DNA of 50,865 nucleotides from Myxococcales bacterium (GTDB lineage Bacteria; Myxococcota_A; UBA9042; JABWCM01; BTVJ01): NCBI GenBank assembly GCA_045863395.1, contig BTVJ01000050.1, positions 1 to 50,865 of the forward strand, read 5' to 3'. Shown piece by piece: positions 8,837 to 18,599 of this stretch (position 1 is its first letter; each line of letters starts with the position of its first letter). The notes under the pieces were generated by a model. It saw only the letters and a program-made list of their open reading frames with translations, ran no database searches and was not told where the DNA came from. The position numbers and the translations under genes were made by a program.

Positions 8837-10453
8837 TCAGCGCGCTGCGCGGGCGACCCGTCGCCTCCCGGAGAGCAGCCAGACGCCGAGCAGGGCGAGC
8901 GCTCCCCCCGCGCCGCCACCAGCCGACGTCTGGCATCCATTTGTCTCGGTGGTCGTCACGCTGCCTGGGCCCGCGTCGACGGAGAACCCGCTCCCAGCGG
9001 GGGCGTCGAGGGCCCCGCCCTGGCCCCCCGGAGCACCGGTGCTCCCGGCGTCGTCGGTGGCGCTCGGCCCTGCTCCCGCATCGGCCCGGCCGCCGGTGCC
9101 TCCCCCCGCGTCGTCCGCGCCGCCTGAGCCGCCCGCGTCCGATACGCGAGGGCCCGCGTCCTGCTCCGTGGTCGGGCACACTCCGCACACGGCGCATGCG
9201 TCCTTGCAGCAGGTGCCCTGCTCCAGACAGGGCGCGAAGCACTGGCAGCCGCTGAGCGCCGTCCCTCCGCAGGCTCCGTCGCAGGTGTCGGGGATGGGCG
9301 GGGGCCCCTCCGGCGACGGCTCCCCGGCGGTCACCTCCAGGAGCGGCCCCATGGGACCCGTCTCCCGGGAGTGGTAGCCCGAGCCGTCGGCCTCGGACGA
9401 GGTGATGGCGAAGGAGTAGACACCGTCCTGCTTGACTGCTCCAGAGACGTCCAGGATGTAGGTCTCGCCGATGTCCACGAGGCCGAGGGCGTCCAGGACC
9501 ACCGGGTCGAGCGCGGGGCGGTTGGCGTAGCTGAGGGTGGCCTCGGACCACGCGGTGTCTCCCACCCGGTGGATCTCCCCCCCAAAGCCCCCGTTCATGG
9601 CCGTGAGGCGCAGCAGCGCGCTCTTGACGGGCCCCACTCCGCTCACGGTGAAGCGCAGGTAGATGGTGCGGCCATCACCGCCCGTTCGCAGCTCCGTGTC
9701 GCTGCCGTGGGTGGCGGTGGGGTTCAGGGGCTCGGCCCAGGTGTCTGCGTCCGGCGCGATGAACCCGGGCGGGGGAGGGGGCGGCTCCACGGGGCCCGGC
9801 TCGCCCGTCTCACCCCAGACGTGCACGTCCCGGTAGATCACCCCGTTCTGAGGCCCGTAGGTGCCCGACGGCGCGTTGTCCGTGCCGATGAACACGTGTC
9901 GGAGCGCCAGCGGCTTGCCGTGGTGGTGGGTCTCTTGCGGGACCCCGTCGATGCTGACCGTGACGTCGCCAGCGAGGGTCCACGCGAGGCCGATGGTGTA
10001 GGTGCCCTCCGCGGTGAAGGTCCCGTAGGGCTTCTTCACCCGGGTCTCGATGCGCTCGGCGAAGCCCCCCGTGCTCGACAGGATCTTGAAGCAGTTGTCG
10101 TAGCTTGCGCCCGTGCGGACGTTGATGAACGAGGTCTTCGGGGCGTCGTCGTCCGACTTGTGCGGCGAGCCATGGGGTGCCTCGTACAGATTGATGATGT
10201 GCTGCTTGTCGTGGACGTGCTGCGGGCTGTCCTCGTTGGGGTTCCAATTCGTGACGGTGACGGTCATACCGCCCGCGACCACCGTGGCGCCGAGGTCCCA
10301 CACGACCTGGTGGGGGGCCTGCCACCCCCCGGGCACGAAGGCGCCGCCGTCCTGCTGGCCCGACGTGGAGCCGTCGAGCGGGTCCTGGAGCAGGGTCTGG
10401 GAGAGTGCCGTCATCGGGAGCAAGGCGAGGGCGAGGGGCAGCAGGAGCCTCAT
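8837..10453 (-). CDS. Secreted MYXO-CTERM protein with DNRLRE/CBM96-like domain and a Cys knot
   Basis: Signal peptide MRLLLPLALALLPMTALS. DADTW..P.ATHGSDTEL..YLRFTVSG..KSALLRL. Somatomedin-like CDGACG..CQC..C..CCKD. Tail GCQTS..ALALLGVWLLSGRRR. Confidence 0.8.
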   Translation of the reverse strand: MRLLLPLALALLPMTALSQTLLQDPLDGSTSGQQDGGAFVPGGWQAPHQVVWDLGATVVAGGMTVTVTNWNPNEDSPQHVHDKQHIINLYEAPHGSPHKSDDDAPKTSFINVRTGASYDNCFKILSSTGGFAERIETRVKKPYGTFTAEGTYTIGLAWTLAGDVTVSIDGVPQETHHHGKPLALRHVFIGTDNAPSGTYGPQNGVIYRDVHVWGETGEPGPVEPPPPPPGFIAPDADTWAEPLNPTATHGSDTELRTGGDGRTIYLRFTVSGVGPVKSALLRLTAMNGGFGGEIHRVGDTAWSEATLSYANRPALDPVVLDALGLVDIGETYILDVSGAVKQDGVYSFAITSSEADGSGYHSRETGPMGPLLEVTAGEPSPEGPPPIPDTCDGACGGTALSGCQCFAPCLEQGTCCKDACAVCGVCPTTEQDAGPRVSDAGGSGGADDAGGGTGGRADAGAGPSATDDAGSTGAPGGQGGALDAPAGSGFSVDAGPGSVTTTETNGCQTSAGGGAGGALALLGVWLLSGRRRVARAAR

Positions 10454-10732
10454 GGCGGGCCTCCGGGTGGTTGTGGGCTCCGACCATATCACACCTGGTC
10501 CAAGCGAGGGATACCCGCTGGTGGGCCCCGGGGAGCGTGTCCCTGCGGCGTCCTGCTCACTCCCGGGCGGCGAGGTGCGGGGCGCGGGCGGAGCGTGGGC
10601 CGCCCGGCCTGGGACGGCCAGGATCCGGGCGCCGGCTTGCGCGCTTCGCGCCGCCGCGCTAGGTTGAGGCGCTCCCCCGACAGTGCGGACGTGATGGGCC
10701 GCACTGCCAGTCTCCACGCCCTGGTGCCGCGC

Positions 10733-12811
10733 ATGGCAGATCGCAACGTCCAGGTGTTGAGCAGTGGGGTCTCTGCCGTTGCGGCGCTGCTCGCGGCCAC
10801 GACCGCCGAGGATCGCGCGGCGGCCCTCGCCGCCTGGGGCGCCTTCGAGGAGGCCCTGCGCGGTGCGAGCGACGTCCCCCTGGCGGACCTGGCCGCCCGC
10901 TTCCGCCTCGACACCTTCGAGCTCCAGGTCATCGTGCTCGCCCTCGCGGGGCACGTGGAGCCGCAGCTCCCGGCCCTCGCCGCCGGCCGCGGGACCCAGC
11001 TCCTCGCCCACGGAGCGACCGTGCGCATGGCGCTGGAGGTGTTCTGCGACGACCCTGGCGAGCGCATCCACGCGCGGCAGGCCTTTCTGCCGTCGGGGCG
11101 CCTCGTGCGGCAGCGGCTCATCGAGCTGGAGCGGCCAGCGGCCGCCTCGCCGGACCGCATGTTGGCCCAGCGGGTGGAGCTGACGGCGCCCACGCTGCGG
11201 CGGCTGCTCCAGGAGCCGGAGCTGTCCGAGCCCGTGGCGCGGGTCGCCGAGCTGCGCACCCCGGACGTGCCGCTGTTGAGGGTGGTCCTGCCCCCGGCGC
11301 GGCTGCGCCAGCTCCTGCGCATGGTGGACCACAACAAGCGCTACCGGGAGGTGATCCGCGAGTGGGGCTTCCACCGGGCGCTCCCGACGGGGCGTGGCGT
11401 CACGCTGCTGTTCTCGGGGCCGTCGGGCACGGGCAAGACCCTGCTCGCCGAGGCGCTCGCGACCCACCTGGGGCTGCCGCTGCTGTGGCTGTCGGCCGTG
11501 GACCTGCCGGAGAACGAAGGGGTGGAGCGGGTGCTGCGGGACGTGTTCGCGGAGGCGGCCATCCGCGACGCCATCGTGCTCATCGACGAGTGCGACGCGC
11601 TCCTCGCCCGCACCGACCGGCGCAAGGGCTTGGTCTACAAGGCCATCGACGGCTACGAGGGGATCCTGGTCATGACCACCATGCGCCCCGACGTGCTCGA
11701 CGAGGGCCTGGAGCGGCGCATCCTCCACCACCTGCCCTTCGAGGTGCCCGATGCGACCCTGCGGCGGCAGATCTGGGAGGCCCACCTGCCCCCCGAGGTG
11801 CCCGTCGCCGAGGACCTCGATCTGGCGACCCTCGCCGAGCTGTACGACTTCACCGGCGGCACCATCAAGAACGCGGTGCTCACGGCGGTGAACCTGGCGC
11901 TGGACGTGAGCCCCGGGAGGCCGTGCCTGACCATGGCGCTCCTCGACCAGGGCTGCAGGGAGCAGCTCCGCTACGCGCTCGCCGGCCTCGCCGAGCGCAC
12001 CACCACCCACCTGCGCCTCGGGGACATCGCGCTGCCAGGCGAGGCGGACCGCAAGGTGCGCGAGATCCTGGCCGCCTGCCGGAACCAGACGGTGGTGCTC
12101 AACCGGTGGGGGTTCGGGCGGCGGCTCGTGACGGGGAAGGGCATCGTCGTGCTCTTCGACGGGTCGCCGGGAACGGGCAAGACCTACTGCGCGGAGATCC
12201 TGGCCGGCGAGCTGGACCGCCCCCTGTATCGGGTGCAGGTACCGGAGGTGGTCTCCAAGTGGGTGGGGGAGACGGAGAAGAACCTGAAGGCCATCTTCCA
12301 GCAGGCGCGCATCAGTCACGCCATGCTGCTGTTCGACGAGGCGGACTCCCTGTTCTCGGCGCGGGTGGCGGAGACGAGGTCGTCCAACGACCGCTACGCC
12401 AACATGGAGGTGAACCTGCTCCTGCAAGAGATTGAGCGCTTCCCGGGCATCTGCATCCTGACGACCAACTCCTTCGGGGCGCTGGACAAGGCGCTCGTGC
12501 GGCGCATCCAGTTCCGAGTGACCTTCGAGGAGCCGGACGCGGCGCAGCGGAGGGCCATCTGGGAGGTGCTCGCCCCGCCGGAGGCGCCCCTGGCGGCGGA
12601 CGTGGACTTCGGAGTCCTGGCGCGGCGCTTCGAGCTGACGGGCGGTATGATCAAGAACTCGCTGATCCGCGCGGCGTATGCTGCGGCGGACCGCGGCGCC
12701 ATCATCGACCAGGCGACGCTGGTGGAGGCGTGCCGGGCGGAGTATCAGGCGGCAGGCAAGGTGGTGCGGGAGGCGCAGGCCGATGGCCGGCGCGCTGGAG
12801 GCGCGGGATGA
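10733..12811 (+). CDS. Tandem AAA+ ATPase, Afp15/Pvc15-like
   Basis: Two modules: GPSGTGKT/LIDECD and GSPGTGKT/LFDEAD. VVSKWVGETEKNL, NDRYANMEVNLLLQ. N-terminal LAARFRLDTFELQVIVLALA helical domain. Alternative start 10694. Confidence 0.85.
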   Translation: MADRNVQVLSSGVSAVAALLAATTAEDRAAALAAWGAFEEALRGASDVPLADLAARFRLDTFELQVIVLALAGHVEPQLPALAAGRGTQLLAHGATVRMALEVFCDDPGERIHARQAFLPSGRLVRQRLIELERPAAASPDRMLAQRVELTAPTLRRLLQEPELSEPVARVAELRTPDVPLLRVVLPPARLRQLLRMVDHNKRYREVIREWGFHRALPTGRGVTLLFSGPSGTGKTLLAEALATHLGLPLLWLSAVDLPENEGVERVLRDVFAEAAIRDAIVLIDECDALLARTDRRKGLVYKAIDGYEGILVMTTMRPDVLDEGLERRILHHLPFEVPDATLRRQIWEAHLPPEVPVAEDLDLATLAELYDFTGGTIKNAVLTAVNLALDVSPGRPCLTMALLDQGCREQLRYALAGLAERTTTHLRLGDIALPGEADRKVREILAACRNQTVVLNRWGFGRRLVTGKGIVVLFDGSPGTGKTYCAEILAGELDRPLYRVQVPEVVSKWVGETEKNLKAIFQQARISHAMLLFDEADSLFSARVAETRSSNDRYANMEVNLLLQEIERFPGICILTTNSFGALDKALVRRIQFRVTFEEPDAAQRRAIWEVLAPPEAPLAADVDFGVLARRFELTGGMIKNSLIRAAYAAADRGAIIDQATLVEACRAEYQAAGKVVREAQADGRRAGGAG

Positions 12812-15800
12812 TTCGAGAGCGACTGCGACGTGACCAGGAGAGGGGGGGACGTGGCAGAGAGGACCGGGCGCTGGAGGCGCGGGTCCTCGACCTCGTGCTG
12901 TCCTACCGGGACACACCGGACCGCATCGGAGAGCTGCTGGCGTCAGACGTGGCTCTGGGGCGCCTCGACGCCGCCGACCTGGAGACTGCCTACGCGCACC
13001 TCGTGGACGTCGGTGGTGAGGCGCTGGCACGGGCCGCCTTCACTCCTCGCATGTTTGCTGGGGCCGCCGCGGTGTCTCCCGTGGCGGCGCCCATCGTTGC
13101 CGAGGGAGGCGTCCCGGGAGTCCCGGACTCCTCCGCGCCCGATCACGACCCCGCTCCATCGCAGGTGCGCCCACTCGCTCCGGGCGTCGTCGCGCGCCTG
13201 GAGCCGCTGCTGGGCACGGCGGTCCGCCTGGTGCGCGTGCACGATGATACGGGGTCCCGCGAGGTGGCGGACTCTGTGGGGGCCGCGGCGGTGACCGTCG
13301 GCCAGGACGTCTACCTGGGCGCATCGGCTGCACGGAGCGGCGACGCAGCGCTCGGGCTGCTCGCGCACGAGGCGGCTCACGCGGTGCAGCAGGCGGGCGC
13401 AGTCGGTGGTGTGACGGCGCGCGCCGGAGCTGGAGCCGAGGCCGAGGCTCACGCGGTCCACGCGGCCGCGCTCGGGGCGCCCGTGGCGGAGCGGGTGCCG
13501 ATCACGCCGACCGGGCTCGCCGTGGCCGCCTTCGGGGAGGCGCCCGAGGGGGCGGACTCCGAGCGGCTCACGGCCCTGCGCAACGCGGTCAACGAGGGCA
13601 ACCAGGCGGGCGCCCAGACGGCCTACCGCCGGCTTCAGGCGAGCGACCGCACGCGGCTCGCCCAGGACCGCGCCCTGATTGTCGGCCTTCTGGGGCTTGT
13701 CTCCGCTCGGGACGCCCGCACCACGCTGGCGGCGCTGCGCCTCGGCCGCCGCGACGCGCTGGACGTGGCCGCCGCCGCCAAGGGCACGGACACGGAGTTC
13801 CTGACCAACGTGCTGCGAGACAACGGGGTGCGGGACATCGCGACTCTCACGGCCGCAGCCGTCGACGTGGTCGCCTTCGAGGCCTATCAGACCCAGGCGA
13901 TTCTACAGCCCCTCATCGAGGGCCCTCGGGTGAGCACGGCGGCGAAGCTCGCGCTGGCGACCAGCGAGCATGGGGCCACGATCCTGCGCCATGCGTGGCC
14001 GGACACCTCGCCGTTCAACATCTTCGGCGTCGCGCTGGCATCGGATCCTGGGGCGATCACGGCCTTCGAGACCAACGAGGCGTTTCGATCCTGGTGTGTC
14101 TCGAAGCCCGAGATCCTGCGCCAGGTGGTGCAGGGGACGACCGCGCCCGAGCGCTGGGCTCGCGCCCTGTGGCGCAGCTCGCACGCGGATGCCGCCGCCC
14201 GGTGGTTCGCCATCGACAAGGCCTTCTGGGGGCCGCGGCTCCAGACGGCGTTCGCGACGCCGGAGCTGGACGACTCCCTCACCATGCAGAGCAACGGTCT
14301 GTTCCGCGGCCACGCCTTCGAGGCGATCCACGCCTCCGGGGGGGCCGCGGCCATCGTCGCGGTGTCCAACGCGACCGGGCTGTCTCTGTCCGTGCGAGTG
14401 CTGACCGTGCTCGACTCGACCATCGAGGACGCGGCCCTGCTGAACGCGCTGCTGGCGGACCCGGCGCTCACCGCCGACCAGCTCTTCGAGCTGACCGCCA
14501 ATGACCGGGCCATCGCGGGCCTCGTGCGGCGCGTGGAGGGGCGCCGCCCCGAGGTGGTGCTCCAGCGCCTCGCCGCCGTGCCGGCCCGGTTCGTGGAGGC
14601 CTACGCGACCCACGCGGGGTTCCGCCGCTGGGTCAACGACACGCCCGCCAACCTGCGTGCGACGATGCGAGCCGTACCGCCAGAGAGCGCCTGGGTCAGC
14701 GCCTTCCGCCGCTACAACCAGCCGGGGCTGCTGCTGGAGTTTGCGGCCGATCGGGCGCTCGCGGCGGCCATGCGCCCGGGGCTCGTCACGCCGCCCGACG
14801 GGTACATCTGGCTCATCGGCACGCAGCCCCGCCCCATCACCATCGACGTCCACGCGAGGGGCCTGATCAACCTGGTGCGGGACGGGAGCGGAATCTCCCA
14901 CGAGCACCTGCGGCAGACGTTCCAGGCGCTCTACTCGGCCCCACTCGCGAGGGCGGGCCAGAACTACACGGACCGGTACAGCTACTTCGGTGGGAGCGTC
15001 ACGGAGACCTACCTGGCCGTGGACCCCGACCAGGCCGCCATGGGGTACTTCTTCGAGCAGTTCGGGCGCATCCCCCGCACCCACATCAACCTCGCCTCAG
15101 GCATCACCATGGTGGCGTTCTACACGCGCTTCAAGAGCCCGTGGATCGGCTCGGACTCGTGGCTCGACAAGGACGGCAACGAGGTGCCGGCAGCCAGCCG
15201 GTTCATCCGCATGCCCACGTCCTACTACATGGGCGACAACCACATCCTCATGCAGGGGCTGGCGGCGTCGGGTGGGGCGACCTCGGCGGCGCCGCAGACG
15301 GGGGTGAGCGGCACCGCCTTCGGGACGGCCCGGTCGGTGGACACGCAGACGAACAGAGATCGCCCGGGGGCGACGTCCGCCATGAACCTCTTTCAGAACC
15401 ACGCGACCCACGAGGTGGGCCACGCGGTGGGAAACCGCCCGCTGCGCCGCGACGGCTTCGACATCTCGGGGGACGAGTGGACGCGCCAGTACGCCGACTG
15501 GCAGACGGGGGGAAACGCGACCGATTACAAGCGGATGCTGGGCTGGACGGCCGCGCTGGACAGCACCCGGTTCACCCTCACGTACAGCGGCTCGACGCTG
15601 ACCATGGATGGAGACGACATCGCCGAGTTCATGACGAAGATCGCCGAGCGGGGCACGAGCAGCGTCTCGAGCCACCGCCTCGTGCGCACCTTCGGGTCCG
15701 TGGACAACGCGATCCTCGCCATCGGGACGGCGCCGGCGGCGGCGGCCACCGCGCTCTACCGGACGGTGAGCACCTACTACAACGGGATGCCGAGCGACAC

Positions 15801-16191
15801 CTACCACATCTCAGGGATAGGCACGTCGACCCGCGTGACCTACTTCTGCACCCGCTGGGGCAACCGGTACGTGAACTTCAAGGGCGAGGCCTGGACCAGC
15901 AAGGTCAGCCACTATGCGGTCTCGTCCTACCGTGAGATGTTCGCCGAGCTCTACACGGCCTACTATAACGGGCAGCCGCTCCCCCCGGCCATCGGGTCCA
16001 AGAACCCGCAGGACTTCTTCCGGGCCCTGGATCGCGCAAACCCTGCCGACTTTGGCAACGTAGGGGGTGGCGGCTCGCAGGCGGGGGTCGGCGACGGGGG
16101 CGCGGGAGCGGGCGGCGCGGCTGGCGCGCCCTCTGCCGGAGCGGAGGCTGGCCGGCCCGGACCGAGCCCGAACAGGAGGCCCTTCCCATGA
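12808..16191 (+). CDS. DUF4157 (eCIS-core) protein with C-terminal HExxH metallopeptidase domain
   Basis: VRVHDD..A.SVGAAAVTVGQDVY..LLAHEAAHAVQQ (HEAAH at 13366). Second site HEVGH (15409) with SHYA..REMFAELY (~15934). ATGA overlap with the ATPase. Confidence 0.8.
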   Translation: MIRERLRRDQERGGRGREDRALEARVLDLVLSYRDTPDRIGELLASDVALGRLDAADLETAYAHLVDVGGEALARAAFTPRMFAGAAAVSPVAAPIVAEGGVPGVPDSSAPDHDPAPSQVRPLAPGVVARLEPLLGTAVRLVRVHDDTGSREVADSVGAAAVTVGQDVYLGASAARSGDAALGLLAHEAAHAVQQAGAVGGVTARAGAGAEAEAHAVHAAALGAPVAERVPITPTGLAVAAFGEAPEGADSERLTALRNAVNEGNQAGAQTAYRRLQASDRTRLAQDRALIVGLLGLVSARDARTTLAALRLGRRDALDVAAAAKGTDTEFLTNVLRDNGVRDIATLTAAAVDVVAFEAYQTQAILQPLIEGPRVSTAAKLALATSEHGATILRHAWPDTSPFNIFGVALASDPGAITAFETNEAFRSWCVSKPEILRQVVQGTTAPERWARALWRSSHADAAARWFAIDKAFWGPRLQTAFATPELDDSLTMQSNGLFRGHAFEAIHASGGAAAIVAVSNATGLSLSVRVLTVLDSTIEDAALLNALLADPALTADQLFELTANDRAIAGLVRRVEGRRPEVVLQRLAAVPARFVEAYATHAGFRRWVNDTPANLRATMRAVPPESAWVSAFRRYNQPGLLLEFAADRALAAAMRPGLVTPPDGYIWLIGTQPRPITIDVHARGLINLVRDGSGISHEHLRQTFQALYSAPLARAGQNYTDRYSYFGGSVTETYLAVDPDQAAMGYFFEQFGRIPRTHINLASGITMVAFYTRFKSPWIGSDSWLDKDGNEVPAASRFIRMPTSYYMGDNHILMQGLAASGGATSAAPQTGVSGTAFGTARSVDTQTNRDRPGATSAMNLFQNHATHEVGHAVGNRPLRRDGFDISGDEWTRQYADWQTGGNATDYKRMLGWTAALDSTRFTLTYSGSTLTMDGDDIAEFMTKIAERGTSSVSSHRLVRTFGSVDNAILAIGTAPAAAATALYRTVSTYYNGMPSDTYHISGIGTSTRVTYFCTRWGNRYVNFKGEAWTSKVSHYAVSSYREMFAELYTAYYNGQPLPPAIGSKNPQDFFRALDRANPADFGNVGGGGSQAGVGDGGAGAGGAAGAPSAGAEAGRPGPSPNRRPFP

Positions 16192-16901
16192 GCACACTTC
16201 GCGGGGCGCAGACCCTCTGCCCGCACTGCGGTCACGGTTTCGCCATCCAGCTCTATGACAGCCTCAGCGTGCTCCGCCTGCCGTCGGTGCGGGAGAGCGT
16301 CCTCGACCGCACCCTGCACGCCTTCACGTGCCCTGCGTGCCGAGGGCGGGTCGTCGTCACGGAGCCGGTCCTCTACACCGACTTCGACCGGGGCCTGTGG
16401 GTCGCCTGCGTCCCGGAGGACGAGCGCCCGAACCTGGCGGCCCACGAGGAGGCCGTGCGTGCCACGTTCGAGGAGGCGTTTGCCGCCGACCGCTCGCCGC
16501 CCATCGTCCAGGACATGCGCCGGGACATGCGGCTTCGGCTGGTGTTCGGCTACGAGGAGCTCCGCGAGAAGGTGGTCTGCGCCGACCACGGCCTGGACGA
16601 CGCGGTGGTGGAGCTGCTGAAGGAGCAGGTGCTCCTCGGCCACCCGTGGCTGCTGCACGACGGCGTGTGCCTGCTCCGCCTGGACGCGGTGACCGAGGAA
16701 GGGCTGGAGCTGCGGCTGCTGCGCGCGACGAGCGACACCCGGGAGCGGGTCGCCGATGTGGCGGTGGCGCCCCGAGAGGTGTATGCGCTCCTGGCGCGAG
16801 AGCGTGAGGAGCTGGTCGCCGACAACCCGTCCTTGTTTGCGGGTCCCTACGTCAACCTCATGCGGTACCGCCTGGAGCTGCGGCCAGAGGGCGAAGGGTG
16901 A
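16188..16901 (+). CDS. CpXC-domain (Zn-ribbon) protein
   Basis: CPHCGH..SL....P.VRE.VL..TLH.FTCPAC..PVLYTD. ATGA overlap. Confidence 0.85.
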   Translation: MSTLRGAQTLCPHCGHGFAIQLYDSLSVLRLPSVRESVLDRTLHAFTCPACRGRVVVTEPVLYTDFDRGLWVACVPEDERPNLAAHEEAVRATFEEAFAADRSPPIVQDMRRDMRLRLVFGYEELREKVVCADHGLDDAVVELLKEQVLLGHPWLLHDGVCLLRLDAVTEEGLELRLLRATSDTRERVADVAVAPREVYALLAREREELVADNPSLFAGPYVNLMRYRLELRPEGEG

Positions 16902-17479
16902 TCGCGGTCCTGATCGTGGTGGCGGAGGTGCTGATGGGAGCGGCCGGAGACCCCTGGAGCGCCGCCTTCGAGGCGGTGATGACCCACAACGCGGCGCTGG
17001 TGGCGCAGGGGGGAGTCACGGTGCAGCCCGTGACGGACCCGGACGGAGAGACCCTCGCCGGGTACGTGGAGCTGCGCGGCGAGGGGCGGGTGCTGGACCG
17101 CCAGCTCGTGGTGGGGGGCAAGGTGGTGACCTGGCGCGCAGGGCTGCCGGTGCTGTCCGGGCACCTGAGGGCGCAGGGGTTTCCCGCGAGGCTCGTCAGC
17201 CGCTACCTGCTCACGGATCTGCTCCAGTACTTCGCCGTGATGCCCCGCGGCTTCACGCGCGACACCCGCGCTGGGTGGGGGGCGCTCGACGCGGTGATTC
17301 TGCGCGCGGACGGGGAGGGCGCCGTCCTGGTGGTGCCGGGCGTCGTGACGGGGGAGAGTGGAGGGGGCCTGGCGCCGGACGTCCCACGGCGCCTGGAGGT
17401 GCGCTTCGACCGGGAGGCGACTCCCCGCTTCGTCGTGTACGAGGACCGCGGGGCCGGCTTCGTCGAGGTGGCGCCCTGA
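16898..17479 (+). CDS. Hypothetical protein with hydrophobic N-terminus (exported or anchored)
   Basis: GTGA overlap, MIAVLIVVAEVLMGAA, normal GC3 codon pattern. Confidence 0.65.
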   Translation: MIAVLIVVAEVLMGAAGDPWSAAFEAVMTHNAALVAQGGVTVQPVTDPDGETLAGYVELRGEGRVLDRQLVVGGKVVTWRAGLPVLSGHLRAQGFPARLVSRYLLTDLLQYFAVMPRGFTRDTRAGWGALDAVILRADGEGAVLVVPGVVTGESGGGLAPDVPRRLEVRFDREATPRFVVYEDRGAGFVEVAP

Positions 17480-17538
17480 CGTGTCTCGCGGCGGTCACTC
17501 CACCGTGCCCGTCGCCCAAGCAACCTGAGAGGATGTCC

Positions 17539-18531
17539 ATGGAGACTCGCTTCCTCGGCCGCACGGGCGTCCGCGTCTCGCGCCTCGCCTTCGGCACCAT
17601 GTCCTTCGGCGGCGACGCCGACGCCGCTACGTCGGCCGCGCTGTTCGCCCGCTGCCGCGACGCGGGCGTCAACCTGTTCGACTGCGCCGACGTCTACAAC
17701 GGCGGTCGCTCGGAGGAGCTGCTGGGTCGCCTGATCGGGCCGTGCCGTGACGAGGTGATCCTGACCACCAAGGCGTACTTTCCCACGGCGGCAGACCCCA
17801 ACGCCCGCGGCAGCTCCCGTTATCACCTGGTCCGGGCCGTGGAGGCGAGCCTCCGCAGGCTGGGCACGGACCGCATCGATCTCTTCTTTCTCCACCGCCA
17901 CGACGACCGGACGGACCCGGAGGAGACTCTCCGAGCCGTGGACGACCTGGTGCGCCAGGGGAAGATACTCTACGTCGGGGCCAGCAACTTCGCCGCCTGG
18001 CAGGTGGCGAAGGGGTTGGGGATCCAGGCGCAGCGGGGGTATTCTCCGCTCGTCGCGATCCAGCCCATGTACAACCTGTTCAAGCGCCAGGCGGAGGTGG
18101 AGATCCTCCCCCACGCCGCAGCGGAGAGTCTCGCCGTCTTCCCCTACAGCCCGCTGGCCGGGGGCATCCTGTCTGGCAAGTACGGGCGAGACCGGCGCCC
18201 GGACGTCGGGCGGCTGCTGACCAACACCATGTACCAGGTGCGCTACGGCGATCCCGCGGTCTATGACGTGGCGGACCGCTTCACGACCCTGGCTCGCGAG
18301 TGGGGCGTGGAGCCCGCCGCCCTGGCCATCGCCTGGGTGGCGAGCCACCCGGCGGTGACCGCGCCGCTGATCGGCGCTCGGGATGTGGCCCAGCTCGCCG
18401 TGTGTCTCGGGGCGGCGACGGTCACGCTGAGCGACGAGCAGCGAGCGATCCTCTCGGCGCTCACCCAGACTCCACCCCCGGCGACGGACCGCAACGAGGA
18501 GACCTCCGCCCACAACTTCGGAGCGCGGTAG
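17539..18531 (+). CDS. Aldo/keto reductase
   Basis: LGRTGVRVSRLAFGTMSFG, FDCADVY, SLRRLGTDRIDL, GASNF, YSPLAGG. Alternative ATG 17533. Confidence 0.93.
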   Translation: METRFLGRTGVRVSRLAFGTMSFGGDADAATSAALFARCRDAGVNLFDCADVYNGGRSEELLGRLIGPCRDEVILTTKAYFPTAADPNARGSSRYHLVRAVEASLRRLGTDRIDLFFLHRHDDRTDPEETLRAVDDLVRQGKILYVGASNFAAWQVAKGLGIQAQRGYSPLVAIQPMYNLFKRQAEVEILPHAAAESLAVFPYSPLAGGILSGKYGRDRRPDVGRLLTNTMYQVRYGDPAVYDVADRFTTLAREWGVEPAALAIAWVASHPAVTAPLIGARDVAQLAVCLGAATVTLSDEQRAILSALTQTPPPATDRNEETSAHNFGAR

Positions 18532-18536
18532 GGCGG

Positions 18537-18594
18537 CAGGGCAATCGCATCTCAACTTGTGCTGGAGTCGGGAGTTGGCACTGCGATTGCCCTG
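18537..18594. terminator. Long hairpin between convergent genes
   Basis: Perfect 13-bp inverted repeat CAGGGCAATCGCA/TGCGATTGCCCTG with inner CAACT/AGTTG pairing. Confidence 0.5.
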
Positions 18595-18599
18595 GGGCG

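Noticed and set aside
10454..13030. N-terminal extensions in the ORF track (8837..13030, 9371..12811, also 3017..4723, 38838..41165, 43674..45572)
   Set aside because: They are stop-poor GC-rich read-through across other genes. Real starts are marked by an RBS, signal peptide or overlap.
10733..17479. Complete contractile injection system or prophage
   Set aside because: No sheath, tube, spike, baseplate, capsid or integrase genes are in the window.
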